Shown here piece after piece: positions 39,709-50,179 of a DNA stretch of 64,000 nt. The first letter of the stretch is position 1. Each line of letters opens with the position of its first letter. Source of the stretch: Myxococcota bacterium. Lineage in GTDB: Bacteria; Myxococcota_A; Polyangia; Nannocystales; Nannocystaceae. The DNA lies in NCBI GenBank assembly GCA_039028615.1, contig JBCCHT010000030.1, positions 28,151-92,150 on the forward strand. Reading direction: 5' to 3'. A model generated the notes under the pieces. The model was not told where the DNA came from. It did not search any database and worked only from the letters and a program-made list of their open reading frames with translations. The position numbers and the translations under genes were made by a program.

Positions 39709-40629
39709 ATGATGAGGCCAACGACGACGCATCGATCTGGACTCCGATGGCTCACCGCGGCCGGGTTCGGCGTGCTCATCGGATGTAGCGACCCCTCCAC
39801 GGGCAGCGACGACGATCCCACGACGAGTGCATCGACGGGCACCACCGCCTCGACTCCAGACCCCGGCTCGACCGGCATCCCGACGACCAACGACCCCGCC
39901 GCCGACTCGACCACCGACACCACCGCCGACGCCAGCGGATTCATCGACCACCCCGACGGCAGTCCGTTCAACTTCGAATGCGATCTGTTCGAGCAGGACT
40001 GCCCCAAGGGTGAAAAGTGCATGGCCGCCGCCATGAACGGTGGGACTTGGGACTCTACGATCTGTGTACCCATCGCCGAGGATCCAGGAGCCCCGGGTGA
40101 TCCGTGCACGGTGGAAGTGAGCGCCCAGAGCGGCTTCGACGACTGCGAGCTCGGGGCCGTCTGTGCGCAGGTGAACAACGCGACACTCGAAGGCATCTGC
40201 GCGGCGATGTGCATCGGCGATCCATCGGCCCCCACGTGTGCCGACCCGAACAGCACCTGCATCATCACCGCCTCCGGTGCCGGGCCTCTGCTGTGCCAGT
40301 TCAACTGCGACCCGGTGGCACAGAACTGTCCCGAAGGTCAGGGGTGCTACGCGGTCTCGGACGACTTCCTCTGCCAGCTCGACGCCTCGGGTCGCCAGGG
40401 CGCTGCGGGAGACTCCTGCGAGTTCACCAACGTCTGCGATCCCGGCAACCTGTGCCTCAATCCCGATGCCACGCCCGGGTGTGCGTCGGGGGTGGGCTGT
40501 TGCTCGTCCGTGTGTAGCTTGGCGGATCCGATGCCGCCGTGTTTGCCCGGGCAGAGCTGTGTGCCTTGGTATGAGCGTGGCGGGGCGCCGCCGAACTACG
40601 AAGATGTTGGCGTTTGCTTCGTTGAGTGA
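39709..40629 (+). CDS. Cys-rich repeat lipoprotein (306 aa)
   Basis: ATG 39709 after AT-rich region; lipobox LIGC; about 30 Cys in CxxG/CxxC repeats. Confidence 0.6.
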   Translation: MMRPTTTHRSGLRWLTAAGFGVLIGCSDPSTGSDDDPTTSASTGTTASTPDPGSTGIPTTNDPAADSTTDTTADASGFIDHPDGSPFNFECDLFEQDCPKGEKCMAAAMNGGTWDSTICVPIAEDPGAPGDPCTVEVSAQSGFDDCELGAVCAQVNNATLEGICAAMCIGDPSAPTCADPNSTCIITASGAGPLLCQFNCDPVAQNCPEGQGCYAVSDDFLCQLDASGRQGAAGDSCEFTNVCDPGNLCLNPDATPGCASGVGCCSSVCSLADPMPPCLPGQSCVPWYERGGAPPNYEDVGVCFVE

Positions 40630-40659
40630 GGCTCCACGTCACCGCCTGCGGCGGCGAGT

Positions 40660-42954
40660 TCACGCGTCAGCGATAGCAGCCGGAAGCAATACCTTGATAT
40701 CGTCGGGGAGCGGCAAGTCAGCGGCGCGACTGGCCATCACGATGCCCTTTTGGATCTCCTCGGTCAGAGGTTGGAACGTCTCCGGAAACTCGGCGAGAAC
40801 GGGGTGAATCGCACGTAGCCCCTCTGCGAACGACTTCAGAGCCTTCGCATGCTCACCCATCGCGGTTTGCACGACTCCCCTCAGGCCAAGTACGCGAGCC
40901 AACCCGGAGCGAAATGCACCAGGAGACTCGTCTGCCAGCCGCTGGTAGATGCCAACCGACTCATCGAGCGCCTCCAGAGCCTCTTCACCGTGACTCGCTC
41001 TCCATAGATCTGCACCGAAGTTCCCGAGGACACGCGCAAGGTTGGAGGACATCTCGTGCGGCCGCTGCTCGGCCAAGGTTCGACAAAACTCTACCGCCTC
41101 CCTCGTTACCTCCAGTGCCTCCTCCGTTTTTCCGAGGTCACTCAGCCGGTTGCCGAGATTGCTCAGTGCACCCGCAAGGTCCGGCAGAGTCCCGCTTGGG
41201 TTTTGTTCGGCCGCAACTCGGTGAATGGAGACGGCCTCCTGAGTCACCAGCAAAGCCTCGTCGGGTCGATCTCTGTGCGCGAGTTGAATACCGAGGTTAT
41301 TGAGGCCATGTGCAAGGTCGCCCAGGTAGACTTCAGGCTGCTCGTCGGCCAGCTGGCGAAGGATCGCGACGCTCTGCTCCGCGACCTCCAACGCTTCCTC
41401 GTGCCGCCTCAACTCCCCCAACCGATTGCCGAGATTAGTGAGAGAACGCGCCAGATCGGGCGCATAGACGTCGGGCTTTTTCTCCGCAAGTTCCCTGTAG
41501 AGTTCGACGGCTTCTCGACTGGTTTGCCGCGCATCCTCGAGTTGCCCCACTTCGCTCAATCGAATGCCGAGGCTGTTGAGGCTGTAGGCAAGACTCGGCA
41601 GGAAGCTCTCGGGTTGGTCCTCGACCAAGGCTCTACGGACGTCCACGGACTCCTGTGTGATCCGCAACGCTTCCTCGCGACGTCCCAAGTCGCCCAACAT
41701 CTTGCCCAAGTTGTTGAGCGACGCAGCGAAGTCGGGAAGCAGTTCTCCCGGCCGCTCCTCGACCAGCCCCCGTCGAATCTCGACCGCTTCGGCCATCGCA
41801 TCGAGCGCCTCTTCGTGCTGCCCGACGATACTCAGTCGATTCCCGAGGTTGTTGAGACTGCCCGCCAAGTCGGAGAGAAAGTCCTGCGGTCGTTCTTCGG
41901 CCAGTCCCCTCCGAATCGAAACCGCTCTCCGATCGGACTCCAATGCATCGCTCAAACGCCCCATACGGCTAGCAGCCGTGGCGAGCGTACTCAGGGCGCG
42001 AGCGAACTCGGGAAGAAGCTCTTCGGACCGTTCCTCGGCCGGCTGGTCGTAGACGAGCCGTTCCAGGATGTACGTTGCTTCCTCGCTGGCGCGGTGTGCC
42101 TCTCGATGGGAATCCAGCTGAACGAAGCTCACCGCCAAGTTGCTCAGAGCCTGCGCAAGTTCCGGTTCGAATGCGGCCGGGTCCTGACTCGCGAGAACGC
42201 GGTACATCGCGACCACCTCCGCCGATGTCTCCGCCGCCTTCTCGAATCGACCCGCTGCACTCAGCCGTTCGGCGAGCCTCTCCTTGGTTCGTGCTTGCTC
42301 CGCCAGCCCTTCGTACTCGAGCAGGTCACGACTGCGACGAACGTCCTCGTCGAGAAGCACGGGGTCCACGAACGAAGGCAACACGCCCTCGAATCGCTCT
42401 TCCAGCCCCTCACTGGCCAGCTCGGCACCATCTAGCCGGGAGTCCTCCAGTTCGGCCCCGGCTGGCAACTCGAACACGAAGTTTCGAATCGACCAAAGGT
42501 CGGGGCCGGCTCGGCGAAGCTCGGGCTTGAGATCAGGGTGGGCGACGAACACCAGGCCCCCCGCCAAACGGTCTCGAATGAGCTCCCGCCGCTCGTTGGC
42601 TCTCAGGATCAGGCGAACCCACGCATCTGTCCACGCCGGCCCGTCCACGGTCCCACCTCGTACCGCTTCGATCCACGTGCAGCCCGCAGCGTCGCCGTCG
42701 AGCAGCTGCCGAAGAGTCCGTCCGAGTTCCACGGGGGTCCCCGGTCGTAGGATCCGTTGCGTTCGTGACTCACCCTCGCGCCCCTCGAGGGCTCGTTGCA
42801 GCCGCCGCTGGAGGATATGGGCTTGGGGTGGCGACTTCGTAAACACAAACGCGAGCCAAAACCCCCGCCCCCAGTCGATGTGACGCTGAAGACGCGAAGC
42901 AGCGTGCAGAGTCTCGGGCGATGGCGCGAAGCTCCGCGACGGGCCGCCGCTCAT
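40660..42954 (-). CDS. TPR-repeat protein (764 aa): ~200-aa N-terminal domain of unknown function followed by >=10 TPR_12-like repeats
   Basis: recurring LA.SLNNLGNRLS..G..EEAL repeats; start overlaps upstream NTPase stop by 4 bp (ATGA). Confidence 0.8.
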   Translation of the reverse strand: MSGGPSRSFAPSPETLHAASRLQRHIDWGRGFWLAFVFTKSPPQAHILQRRLQRALEGREGESRTQRILRPGTPVELGRTLRQLLDGDAAGCTWIEAVRGGTVDGPAWTDAWVRLILRANERRELIRDRLAGGLVFVAHPDLKPELRRAGPDLWSIRNFVFELPAGAELEDSRLDGAELASEGLEERFEGVLPSFVDPVLLDEDVRRSRDLLEYEGLAEQARTKERLAERLSAAGRFEKAAETSAEVVAMYRVLASQDPAAFEPELAQALSNLAVSFVQLDSHREAHRASEEATYILERLVYDQPAEERSEELLPEFARALSTLATAASRMGRLSDALESDRRAVSIRRGLAEERPQDFLSDLAGSLNNLGNRLSIVGQHEEALDAMAEAVEIRRGLVEERPGELLPDFAASLNNLGKMLGDLGRREEALRITQESVDVRRALVEDQPESFLPSLAYSLNSLGIRLSEVGQLEDARQTSREAVELYRELAEKKPDVYAPDLARSLTNLGNRLGELRRHEEALEVAEQSVAILRQLADEQPEVYLGDLAHGLNNLGIQLAHRDRPDEALLVTQEAVSIHRVAAEQNPSGTLPDLAGALSNLGNRLSDLGKTEEALEVTREAVEFCRTLAEQRPHEMSSNLARVLGNFGADLWRASHGEEALEALDESVGIYQRLADESPGAFRSGLARVLGLRGVVQTAMGEHAKALKSFAEGLRAIHPVLAEFPETFQPLTEEIQKGIVMASRAADLPLPDDIKVLLPAAIADA

Positions 42955-44405
42955 GAATCGCTCTTCGCAGGCTGGCTGCGCCGCGCCAGGCTCTCCACTT
43001 TTTCACGGATGAGCGGATGAAGGTCGTACCACTCTTCTCCGTTGCGGTAGCAGAGCAACAGGTGGTTGTCGAAGTAGCGTGACAGCTCGGGCAGTTCTTC
43101 ATGCCGCGGAAGCTCTGCCTCGTGAGACTGAGCCACCTGGTGGAGCCACTTCGCGTCGGCGATGGAAATGGGCAGGTAGTCGTTGCGCAACGCCGCGAGT
43201 TCCTCGTCGATCGCGGCTCGGCTGAGCGGCAAGGTCCCACGCTCCGCGGCGCTCATCAGCATCTTTTGCAGCGCCCGAAAGAGGTCGCGCAGGTATCCGC
43301 CCGTCTGGAGCAGCACGTGATCGAGGTCCTCACTATTCTCGAAAACCCTCTCCCAGTCGCCACGGCCCTTCACGATCTTGCGGAGCACGCCAAGGCCTTG
43401 ATCGAAGGGCTTTCCGTCTTGGCGCCTCACCTTCACGCAAGGCAGCAAGTAGGCCCCGTCGTAGTTACGAGAGACCCCGGGTGAGCGCATCTTGAGCCAC
43501 GGCGGTGCCGTGTACACGACGTGCATCCCTTGAAACTTGAGCTTGTCGGGATGGCCGGCGAAGAGCGTCTCCACTGAGGCAAACACCTCGGCGTCGTTGA
43601 CCGAGCTACCGCGGATCTGCTCGACGGAATCGAAGAGCACCACGAGCTTCGCGTCCTTGTGCTTGCGACGCACCGCGTGCACACAATCGGCCATGAAATC
43701 GCGTACGTCGTCGACGAGCCGGCCCAAGTGACCCTTCATGTGCTCTTGGAGCTGCTGCCGGAACGTGGGGTCCTGACGCAGGCCGAGCTTGAGACTCGCA
43801 CTCGCATCCCCCACCCCGACGCCGGGTTTGATCTCGCCGACGTCGACCTGGGTTCGGAACATGAAGTCGACCGCACGCTCCCAGTAGCCTCGCTTGGCGA
43901 CGTCTTCGCCGAGTAGCTCTTTGTCCTTGGCGAGCGCCTCCCCCAGCGCCCCCGCCGCGGAGATCAGAAAGTCGCTGATGTCCACGGGAGTCGAGGTGTT
44001 GAGGTAGTCCTTCATGTCGCAGAGCACCACTTGGTAGCCCTGCTCGATCAGCTTGCGCCGCAGGCGACGAAGCTCGGTGCTCTTGCCCGTGCCCCGAAAA
44101 CCGCTGAACAGCTGGGTGGAGTCTCCTTGGGCCCAGGAAATACCTCGGGCCAGTCGGTCTACGGGGTCGGCGGGCGACGACGCATCGCCTTCGTAGATCG
44201 GAACGTATTCGTCATCGGTGGGCTCCAGAGGCTGGTCCTTCAGCGCCCCGTAGAACGTCCGTAGGAATTCGTCGTCGGCGTGCCCCACGACGGACGACCC
44301 TAGCACGCGCCGATAGCTCGACCCAGCAACAAGCGTCGCACGGCCTGCCGGCCCCAAATCCGCCCCCACGACACCGGTCGGGGGCACGATGCGGAAATGG
44401 GACAA
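42951..44405 (-). CDS. P-loop NTPase (484 aa), STAND/AAA-like ATPase of unassigned family
   Basis: Walker A FSGFRGTGKST; Walker B-like KLVVLFDSVEQ; forms operon with downstream TPR protein. Confidence 0.7.
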   Translation of the reverse strand: MSHFRIVPPTGVVGADLGPAGRATLVAGSSYRRVLGSSVVGHADDEFLRTFYGALKDQPLEPTDDEYVPIYEGDASSPADPVDRLARGISWAQGDSTQLFSGFRGTGKSTELRRLRRKLIEQGYQVVLCDMKDYLNTSTPVDISDFLISAAGALGEALAKDKELLGEDVAKRGYWERAVDFMFRTQVDVGEIKPGVGVGDASASLKLGLRQDPTFRQQLQEHMKGHLGRLVDDVRDFMADCVHAVRRKHKDAKLVVLFDSVEQIRGSSVNDAEVFASVETLFAGHPDKLKFQGMHVVYTAPPWLKMRSPGVSRNYDGAYLLPCVKVRRQDGKPFDQGLGVLRKIVKGRGDWERVFENSEDLDHVLLQTGGYLRDLFRALQKMLMSAAERGTLPLSRAAIDEELAALRNDYLPISIADAKWLHQVAQSHEAELPRHEELPELSRYFDNHLLLCYRNGEEWYDLHPLIREKVESLARRSQPAKSDS

Positions 44406-44468
44406 ACCTCATGAGAAACGACCGATGAACGGTGGGTTCGCTGGTACAGCCGTGCCCGACGGACCCGT

Positions 44469-45533
44469 TCACGATCGCCTGCGGCGGCGGCGGACGAACA
44501 CGAACACCACCGCCCCCACACCAACCACCAGCAACACCAACTCCAGCGGAATCAGCAACGGCTTGGTCACCGTGCGCACCACCGGCTCGGGATGGACCTC
44601 GGCATCATCGGGCGCCCGATCGAAATAAAGCTCGACGTCGGGCGGTCGCGGGTTCGAGTGGTCGAAGAAGATCGTGAGGTACGGCGACTTCGGCAACAGG
44701 CCGGGCAAGAACCGCTCGATGTCATCGGCGGCCAGCGGCTGGGCGACGATGGTCTCACCCGCCCACGCGCCACCGCCCTCGAGCGTGCCCTGGTAGCGTC
44801 CCTCGGCGATGAAGAACACCCGCAGCATTCGCTCGGGCGGCAGCTCGCCCTCGCGCTGGGCCTTGGGCTCCCGGTACGGATACACGGCACGCTCGGTCGC
44901 AAAGGTCATGCGCACGGCGGAAGTGCTGAGACCGGACTGACCTTCGGGTCGCGCGAGCTTGAAGGCGGTGAAGGTCCAGCCCTGCTCGACATAGGGCTCG
45001 GCCCACGCGGTGAGCGAGTCGGAGCTTTGGTAGCCGTTGTCGCCGAGCCACTTCACGAGGGCGGCGGGGTCGTCGGCCGCGAGCACCACCGCGTCGTAGC
45101 CCCCGACCATCTGGTGCCGAAGGACCTGCACGCCGGCTTCGCCCGCCTTGGCGCCGTCGGCCGTCATGGCCCAGAACAAGGAGCCGAACTCGATGCCGGA
45201 GGTCTTGCGCCGGGTGACGACCCGCGGGCGAGTGCGCCACTGGAGGTTGCCGAACAAACCGTTGTCGGCTTCGGCCAGCTCGGGAGGGCTGGGCGTGGGC
45301 ACGATGAAGCCGAAGCCCTCGGCCTCGGTCTCGAAGTCGGCGCGGCGGATGAAGTGCTCGAGCTTTCGCTCGGCGTCCCAGACGATCACGGCCTCTTCGC
45401 CGGCGATGGTGACGTCGTAGCCCTCGGGTGGCGCGGGCGCGCAGGCGCGAGTCGATCGGGGGGCGAGGCCGAGCCAGCACAGGGCCGTCAGGCACAGCGC
45501 GCCGAGGACCGTCCATCGGGTGGAGGCGAACAT
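44469..45533 (-). CDS. secreted hypothetical protein with signal peptide and C-terminal TM anchor plus poly-Arg tail
   Basis: N-terminal WTVLGALCLTALCWLGLA; C-terminal LVLLVVGVGAVVFVFVRRRRRRS. Confidence 0.6.
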   Translation of the reverse strand: MFASTRWTVLGALCLTALCWLGLAPRSTRACAPAPPEGYDVTIAGEEAVIVWDAERKLEHFIRRADFETEAEGFGFIVPTPSPPELAEADNGLFGNLQWRTRPRVVTRRKTSGIEFGSLFWAMTADGAKAGEAGVQVLRHQMVGGYDAVVLAADDPAALVKWLGDNGYQSSDSLTAWAEPYVEQGWTFTAFKLARPEGQSGLSTSAVRMTFATERAVYPYREPKAQREGELPPERMLRVFFIAEGRYQGTLEGGGAWAGETIVAQPLAADDIERFLPGLLPKSPYLTIFFDHSNPRPPDVELYFDRAPDDAEVHPEPVVRTVTKPLLIPLELVLLVVGVGAVVFVFVRRRRRRS

Positions 45534-45601
45534 GGAAGACCCATCCTATCGCCCCGAAACCAACCCGTGGGGCGCGATGAACACCGAATCGGGGCCGTCG
45601 T

Positions 45602-47536
45602 GTGCCCGGACCACAGCCGCGCGCTAGGCTGACGATAGCGCTCCCCTCCGTGCCGCCCGAAGCTTCATCCTCTCCGTCGCCGGACTACGAGCTCACCAAC
45701 GAGATCGGTAGTGGGGCGATCGCAACGGTGGTGCGCCTGGTCGAGCGCCACACGGGCTCGGTGTACGCGGGCAAGCTGTTGCACGAACGGCACGGGCGCG
45801 ACCCCGCGGCGAGCCGTCGCTTTCATCGCGAGGCGGAGCTCTCCTGCGGCCTGGGGCACGACAACCTGGTGCGGGTCTACGGCACGACTCGGATTCGCGG
45901 TCGCATCGCACTGTTGATGGAGCTGGTCGAGGGTCCGACGCTGGCTCAGCATCTCGCCCGGCAGGGGCCTCTGGCCGAGGCCGAGCTGGTGCCACTCTTA
46001 CTGGGCATCGCGCGAGGGCTGGCCCACGCCCATACGGCGGGAGTGATCCATCGCGATCTCAAGCCGGCCAACATCCTGCTCACGCCGAGCTTGGTCCCGA
46101 AGATCGCCGACTTCGGCATGGCCCGGGCGTCGTCGTTCGCCAGCGCCGACAAAGGGGCGCTCACCGTGCTGGGCACGCCGCAATACATGGCGCCCGAGTG
46201 CCTCGAGCCGCTGGCCGTCGACCCGCGCACGGACCTGTACGCGCTGGGCTGCATCCTGTTCGAGCTGGCCACGGGGGCACCTCCGTACAGCGGGGCCACG
46301 CCCTTTGCCGTACTCGACCAACACCGCAATGCGCTGAGACCCGAGCTGCCCGCGACGTTCTCTTCCAGCCTACGCAAGCTCTGTACGAGGCTCATCGCCA
46401 AGGCGCCCGGCGATCGACCCCAGTCGGCCAATGCGGTGATCGAAGCGCTCGAGCGCTGCGCGACCGCCCACGGGGCCTTGGTACCCGTGTCGGATTCCAC
46501 CGCCCTGGTCGGCGTCGACCCGAAGGAAGCGGCCGATGGGCGCTGTGCGGGCTGCGGCGCAGCGGTGCTGCGAGAGACCCGGGTGTGCTTCGGGTGCGGC
46601 CTGCTGCAAGCGATGATCGAGCCGGGGTCGAGCACGCTGTTCGTCACCGGTCCGGGCGCGGTGTCCCACAAGCTCGACAGTGAGCTGCGCGATCGATTGC
46701 TCCGCTGGCTGCAGGCCAACGAGGCCGTCGGCCTCGACCCCAGTGAGCTCGAGCGGCGGATCCCTCGACTGCCGTTTCCTTTGCTCACGGGGATCAGCCC
46801 CCGCAGCGCGGAGACGCTCCGTGCGTCGCTCCAGCACCTGGGCATCGAGACGTCGTGGAACCCGGGCGGGCGCCTGGCCAACCTGCAGCTGTTCAACAAG
46901 ACCAACAAGCTCGCCGGGCGCACCATGGCGATCTGCTTCGCCGTGCTCGGGGCTCCGATGATGATCAACCCCGCGTTCGCGATCTTCACCCTGCCCGCGC
47001 TGGTCGCCTGCTTGCCCTTCGTCTACGGCCTGACCCTGGCTCGGGTGTCGCGACCCGCCGTGCGCCTGAGTCGGGTGCCGAGCCACGGGCTGCCGCCCCA
47101 GGTCAAGGCGAGGCTCGATGGCATGCCGCAGGTGGTGGGGCAGCTCGGGCAGCGACGGCATCGCGAGGCGCTGCGGGCCGTGGTGCACCGGGTCATCACC
47201 CTCAGTCGCAACACGCCCGCGCAGATCCAGCCACAGATCGATGCCGAGATGAACCATGCGATGGCGCTGGCCACCGCCGCGACGCTGCGCATGGACGGGC
47301 TCGATCGGCAGATGTCGGCGCCGGGCTTCGATCCCGCGGAGCCCACGGCCCGGGCGGTGATGCACGAGCGCGATCGCTGGGCCGCCCGCTTGCTCGATCT
47401 CACCGCGACGCTCGACGCCCTGACCGCCCGACAAACCGCCGCCCAGGTGCAGGCCCTCGACGCGGCGAGCGTGCCCGGGCAGCTCGATGAGCTGCGTGCC
47501 ACCGTCGAAGCCCTCGAGGAGGTCCAGCGCGCATGA
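45602..47536 (+). CDS. Ser/Thr protein kinase with C-terminal extension
   Basis: IHRDLKPANILL, DFGMA, GTPQYMAPE. Confidence 0.85.
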   Translation: MPGPQPRARLTIALPSVPPEASSSPSPDYELTNEIGSGAIATVVRLVERHTGSVYAGKLLHERHGRDPAASRRFHREAELSCGLGHDNLVRVYGTTRIRGRIALLMELVEGPTLAQHLARQGPLAEAELVPLLLGIARGLAHAHTAGVIHRDLKPANILLTPSLVPKIADFGMARASSFASADKGALTVLGTPQYMAPECLEPLAVDPRTDLYALGCILFELATGAPPYSGATPFAVLDQHRNALRPELPATFSSSLRKLCTRLIAKAPGDRPQSANAVIEALERCATAHGALVPVSDSTALVGVDPKEAADGRCAGCGAAVLRETRVCFGCGLLQAMIEPGSSTLFVTGPGAVSHKLDSELRDRLLRWLQANEAVGLDPSELERRIPRLPFPLLTGISPRSAETLRASLQHLGIETSWNPGGRLANLQLFNKTNKLAGRTMAICFAVLGAPMMINPAFAIFTLPALVACLPFVYGLTLARVSRPAVRLSRVPSHGLPPQVKARLDGMPQVVGQLGQRRHREALRAVVHRVITLSRNTPAQIQPQIDAEMNHAMALATAATLRMDGLDRQMSAPGFDPAEPTARAVMHERDRWAARLLDLTATLDALTARQTAAQVQALDAASVPGQLDELRATVEALEEVQRA

Positions 47537-49476
47537 GTTCTTCTCTGCCGTGGCTGCCCTGGGGCCATACCGTGCTCGACGGGCCCATCGACGTCGGCAC
47601 CGAGCAGCGCTGGCGCGTGCAGCTCGAAGACGGTCGCCGTGTGCTGGTGGGTCAGCTCGCGTCCGACCTCGCGCGCGACGAGTCGATCCGCCGCCGCTAC
47701 GCGCGAGATGCCGAGCGCGTGCAGGGCCTGCCCGCCCACGCGCTGGTGCCCACGCTCGCCGTCGGGCCGCAGCCGGATCCCCGAGCCCCCGATGACATCG
47801 CCCCGTGGCGAGCCCGTCTCGATCCCACTGGCGAGACCCTCGAGCAGTGGCTGCGCCGCGCCCCCGTGGCGCTCGAAGAGCTGGTGGCCGTGTTCGCCGG
47901 CCTCGCCGATGCCCTGCAATCGGTGCACGGCAGCGGCGCGGTGCTCCGTGACCTCCGCCCGTCGCAGGTCCTGCGGGCCCACGACGGCCGCATCCTGCTC
48001 ATCGACGTGGGCCTGTCGCGGGTGGACGTGCTGTCGAGCCATACCGCCTCGAGTTTGTTGATGCAGGGCTCGGCCTACGCCGCACCCGAGCAAGTGCACC
48101 AGACCGCCGTCGACCAGCGCTCCGATCTGTATGGCCTCGGGGTCATGCTCTGGCAGGCGCTGACCGGCATGCTGCCCTTCGGCGAAGGCCCGGCGTTCTT
48201 GCGCGAGCGTACGCCGCTGCCCGCCCTGGCCACGCTACGTCCCGATGCTCCGCCCGCCCTCGACCTGCTGGTGCGAGCGTGCCTGCACGAAGACCCGAGC
48301 CGACGACCGGCCACCGCCAGCGATGTCGCCTGGGTGCTTCGCGGCGGGGCTCCGACCTCCCTCGCCGAGCAGGCGACCACCGTGTGTCAGCACTGCGGCC
48401 ACCGCCTCCGGGTCGGTCAACGGCTGTGCCTATCGTGTGGCCGCGTCGCGGTGCGCTTCGTGCCGCCCACCCCCGGCGAGCCCGGCATCGGCATCGACCT
48501 GCGTCGCCTCGACGAAGACGCGGGCAAGCTGCGCTGGCTCCAAGGCTTCATCACCGACATCGCCAATCCTCCGGTGTCCATACCGGAATTCATCGTCGGC
48601 CCCGCCCACCTGTACGCCGATGAAGAGCGACACCGTCGCATCCGCTTGCCCACGCGCCTGTTCGGCAACCTCAGCCAGGACAGCGCGAAGGCCATGGCCG
48701 AGCGCATGCGCAGCGAAGGACTCGACGTCCACCTCTCCGGCCCCGCGCAGATCCACGCCGCGGGCAAGGTCGTGAGGCGCACCGCAATCGCCACGCTCGG
48801 CCTCACCTTGATCTTGGGGCTGGTGGGCCTCGGCATCGCGGCCGGGGTCGTCTTTGGGCTCGGCCTGGTGCTCACGCTGTCGATGTCCGCCCGCTACAAC
48901 TCGGTCAAGGGCTGGGTGCAGCAGACCCATCCTCGCTTTCGGGTGCGGCCCCAGCCGGCGGCCTTGCCCGCGTCCGATCCCCTGGTCGCCCGCCTGGCGG
49001 CGCTGCTGCAGACTACCGAGCACGGCGAGGTTCCCGGCGACGTACGCGAGGTCGTGGGCGAGCTCGCGCTGCTCATGCAGCGCCTGGTCGACCACCGGGC
49101 CACGGTGATCCGCGACCACCGTGAACTCGACATGCTGGCGCAACCGCTGGTGCCGCTGGTCAGCGCCATCGAGGGCCTGGTGCAACAGCTCCATCGCATC
49201 GGCCACGAGCTGCGAGAGCTCGACGAGGGCGCCATGGTGCGCGCCCTGGCCACCTGCGAGGCCCGAGGCGAGGGACCGACCAAACGCGAGCCTCTGCTCC
49301 AGGGACTCGATCGTTTGCGCGCGCTCGAAGACCGCCGCGCCGAGGTGTTTCACCGACTGCTGGAGGCCCGATCGCTGCTCGCGCGCACCGTGGAGATGGG
49401 CTTGGCCGTCCACGATCCCGCGCTCGAGCACGAGCGCCAGGTCGCGCAGGCACTGGCTGCGCTCGGGCCGAGCTGA
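47533..49476 (+). CDS. Ser/Thr kinase-like protein (HRD->LRD variant) with zinc-ribbon and predicted TM segments
   Basis: VLRDLRPSQVL, IDVGLSR, AYAAPEQ; CQHCGHRLRVGQRLCLSCG; TM IATLGLTLILGLVGLGIAAGVVFGLGLVL; start overlaps upstream kinase stop (ATGA). Confidence 0.75.
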   Translation: MSSSLPWLPWGHTVLDGPIDVGTEQRWRVQLEDGRRVLVGQLASDLARDESIRRRYARDAERVQGLPAHALVPTLAVGPQPDPRAPDDIAPWRARLDPTGETLEQWLRRAPVALEELVAVFAGLADALQSVHGSGAVLRDLRPSQVLRAHDGRILLIDVGLSRVDVLSSHTASSLLMQGSAYAAPEQVHQTAVDQRSDLYGLGVMLWQALTGMLPFGEGPAFLRERTPLPALATLRPDAPPALDLLVRACLHEDPSRRPATASDVAWVLRGGAPTSLAEQATTVCQHCGHRLRVGQRLCLSCGRVAVRFVPPTPGEPGIGIDLRRLDEDAGKLRWLQGFITDIANPPVSIPEFIVGPAHLYADEERHRRIRLPTRLFGNLSQDSAKAMAERMRSEGLDVHLSGPAQIHAAGKVVRRTAIATLGLTLILGLVGLGIAAGVVFGLGLVLTLSMSARYNSVKGWVQQTHPRFRVRPQPAALPASDPLVARLAALLQTTEHGEVPGDVREVVGELALLMQRLVDHRATVIRDHRELDMLAQPLVPLVSAIEGLVQQLHRIGHELRELDEGAMVRALATCEARGEGPTKREPLLQGLDRLRALEDRRAEVFHRLLEARSLLARTVEMGLAVHDPALEHERQVAQALAALGPS

Positions 49477-49537
49477 ACGAGACCGCGTGAGCCGGCGCCG
49501 CTTGTCGGCGTGTTCCCGGGCGGCCTACCATCGAACG

Positions 49538-50179
49538 ATGTCGCGTCGGATCCCGTTCGTCCTCGTGCTGCTGGCCGGAGCTTCGATCGCGAGCGCCTGT
49601 GCACCCGACGTGCACATCCACATCTACAACACGCCGGCCGAGACCGACGCCGCCGAGGACACCGAAGCGGCGACCGAAGGGGGCATGGCCGCCAGCGGCT
49701 TCACCGATGGCATGGCCGACGGCGGGCAGCAGACCTCGAGCCAGCCCTCCGACGAGAGCGGCACCCCGGCGACCTCGGGCGACCCCACCACCGGAGCCGA
49801 CGGCAACCCGCCCACCACCGACGGCGGCACCGACAGCTACCCGCAGCCCCAAGCCGGCGAGTGCCCCGACGGCACCCGCTACTCCCAGGTCTCCGACGGC
49901 TTCGAGTTCTGCGCGCCCGCGTGCGATGCCGGCACCTGCCCCGCCCCGCTGTCCGGCAGCGCCCCGGGACAGTGCGTGTTCAACCCCGACAGCACCAACA
50001 CGCCCTGCGATCCCAAAGATCCGATGTGCATCGGCGAGGAGACCTGCTCGAACATCCCCGGGGGCATCACGGGCTGCGCCCTGCCGGTCTCCCACTGCGC
50101 CCTTTTGTGCAACATGGGCCAGACCTGCCCCGACGGCATGATGTGCACGTCCGTCGGCGCGTGTCAGTTCCCCGGCTGA
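49538..50179 (+). CDS. Cys-rich lipoprotein (213 aa)
   Basis: signal/lipobox FVLVLLAGASIASAC; many Cys in C-terminal half. Confidence 0.55.
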   Translation: MSRRIPFVLVLLAGASIASACAPDVHIHIYNTPAETDAAEDTEAATEGGMAASGFTDGMADGGQQTSSQPSDESGTPATSGDPTTGADGNPPTTDGGTDSYPQPQAGECPDGTRYSQVSDGFEFCAPACDAGTCPAPLSGSAPGQCVFNPDSTNTPCDPKDPMCIGEETCSNIPGGITGCALPVSHCALLCNMGQTCPDGMMCTSVGACQFPG

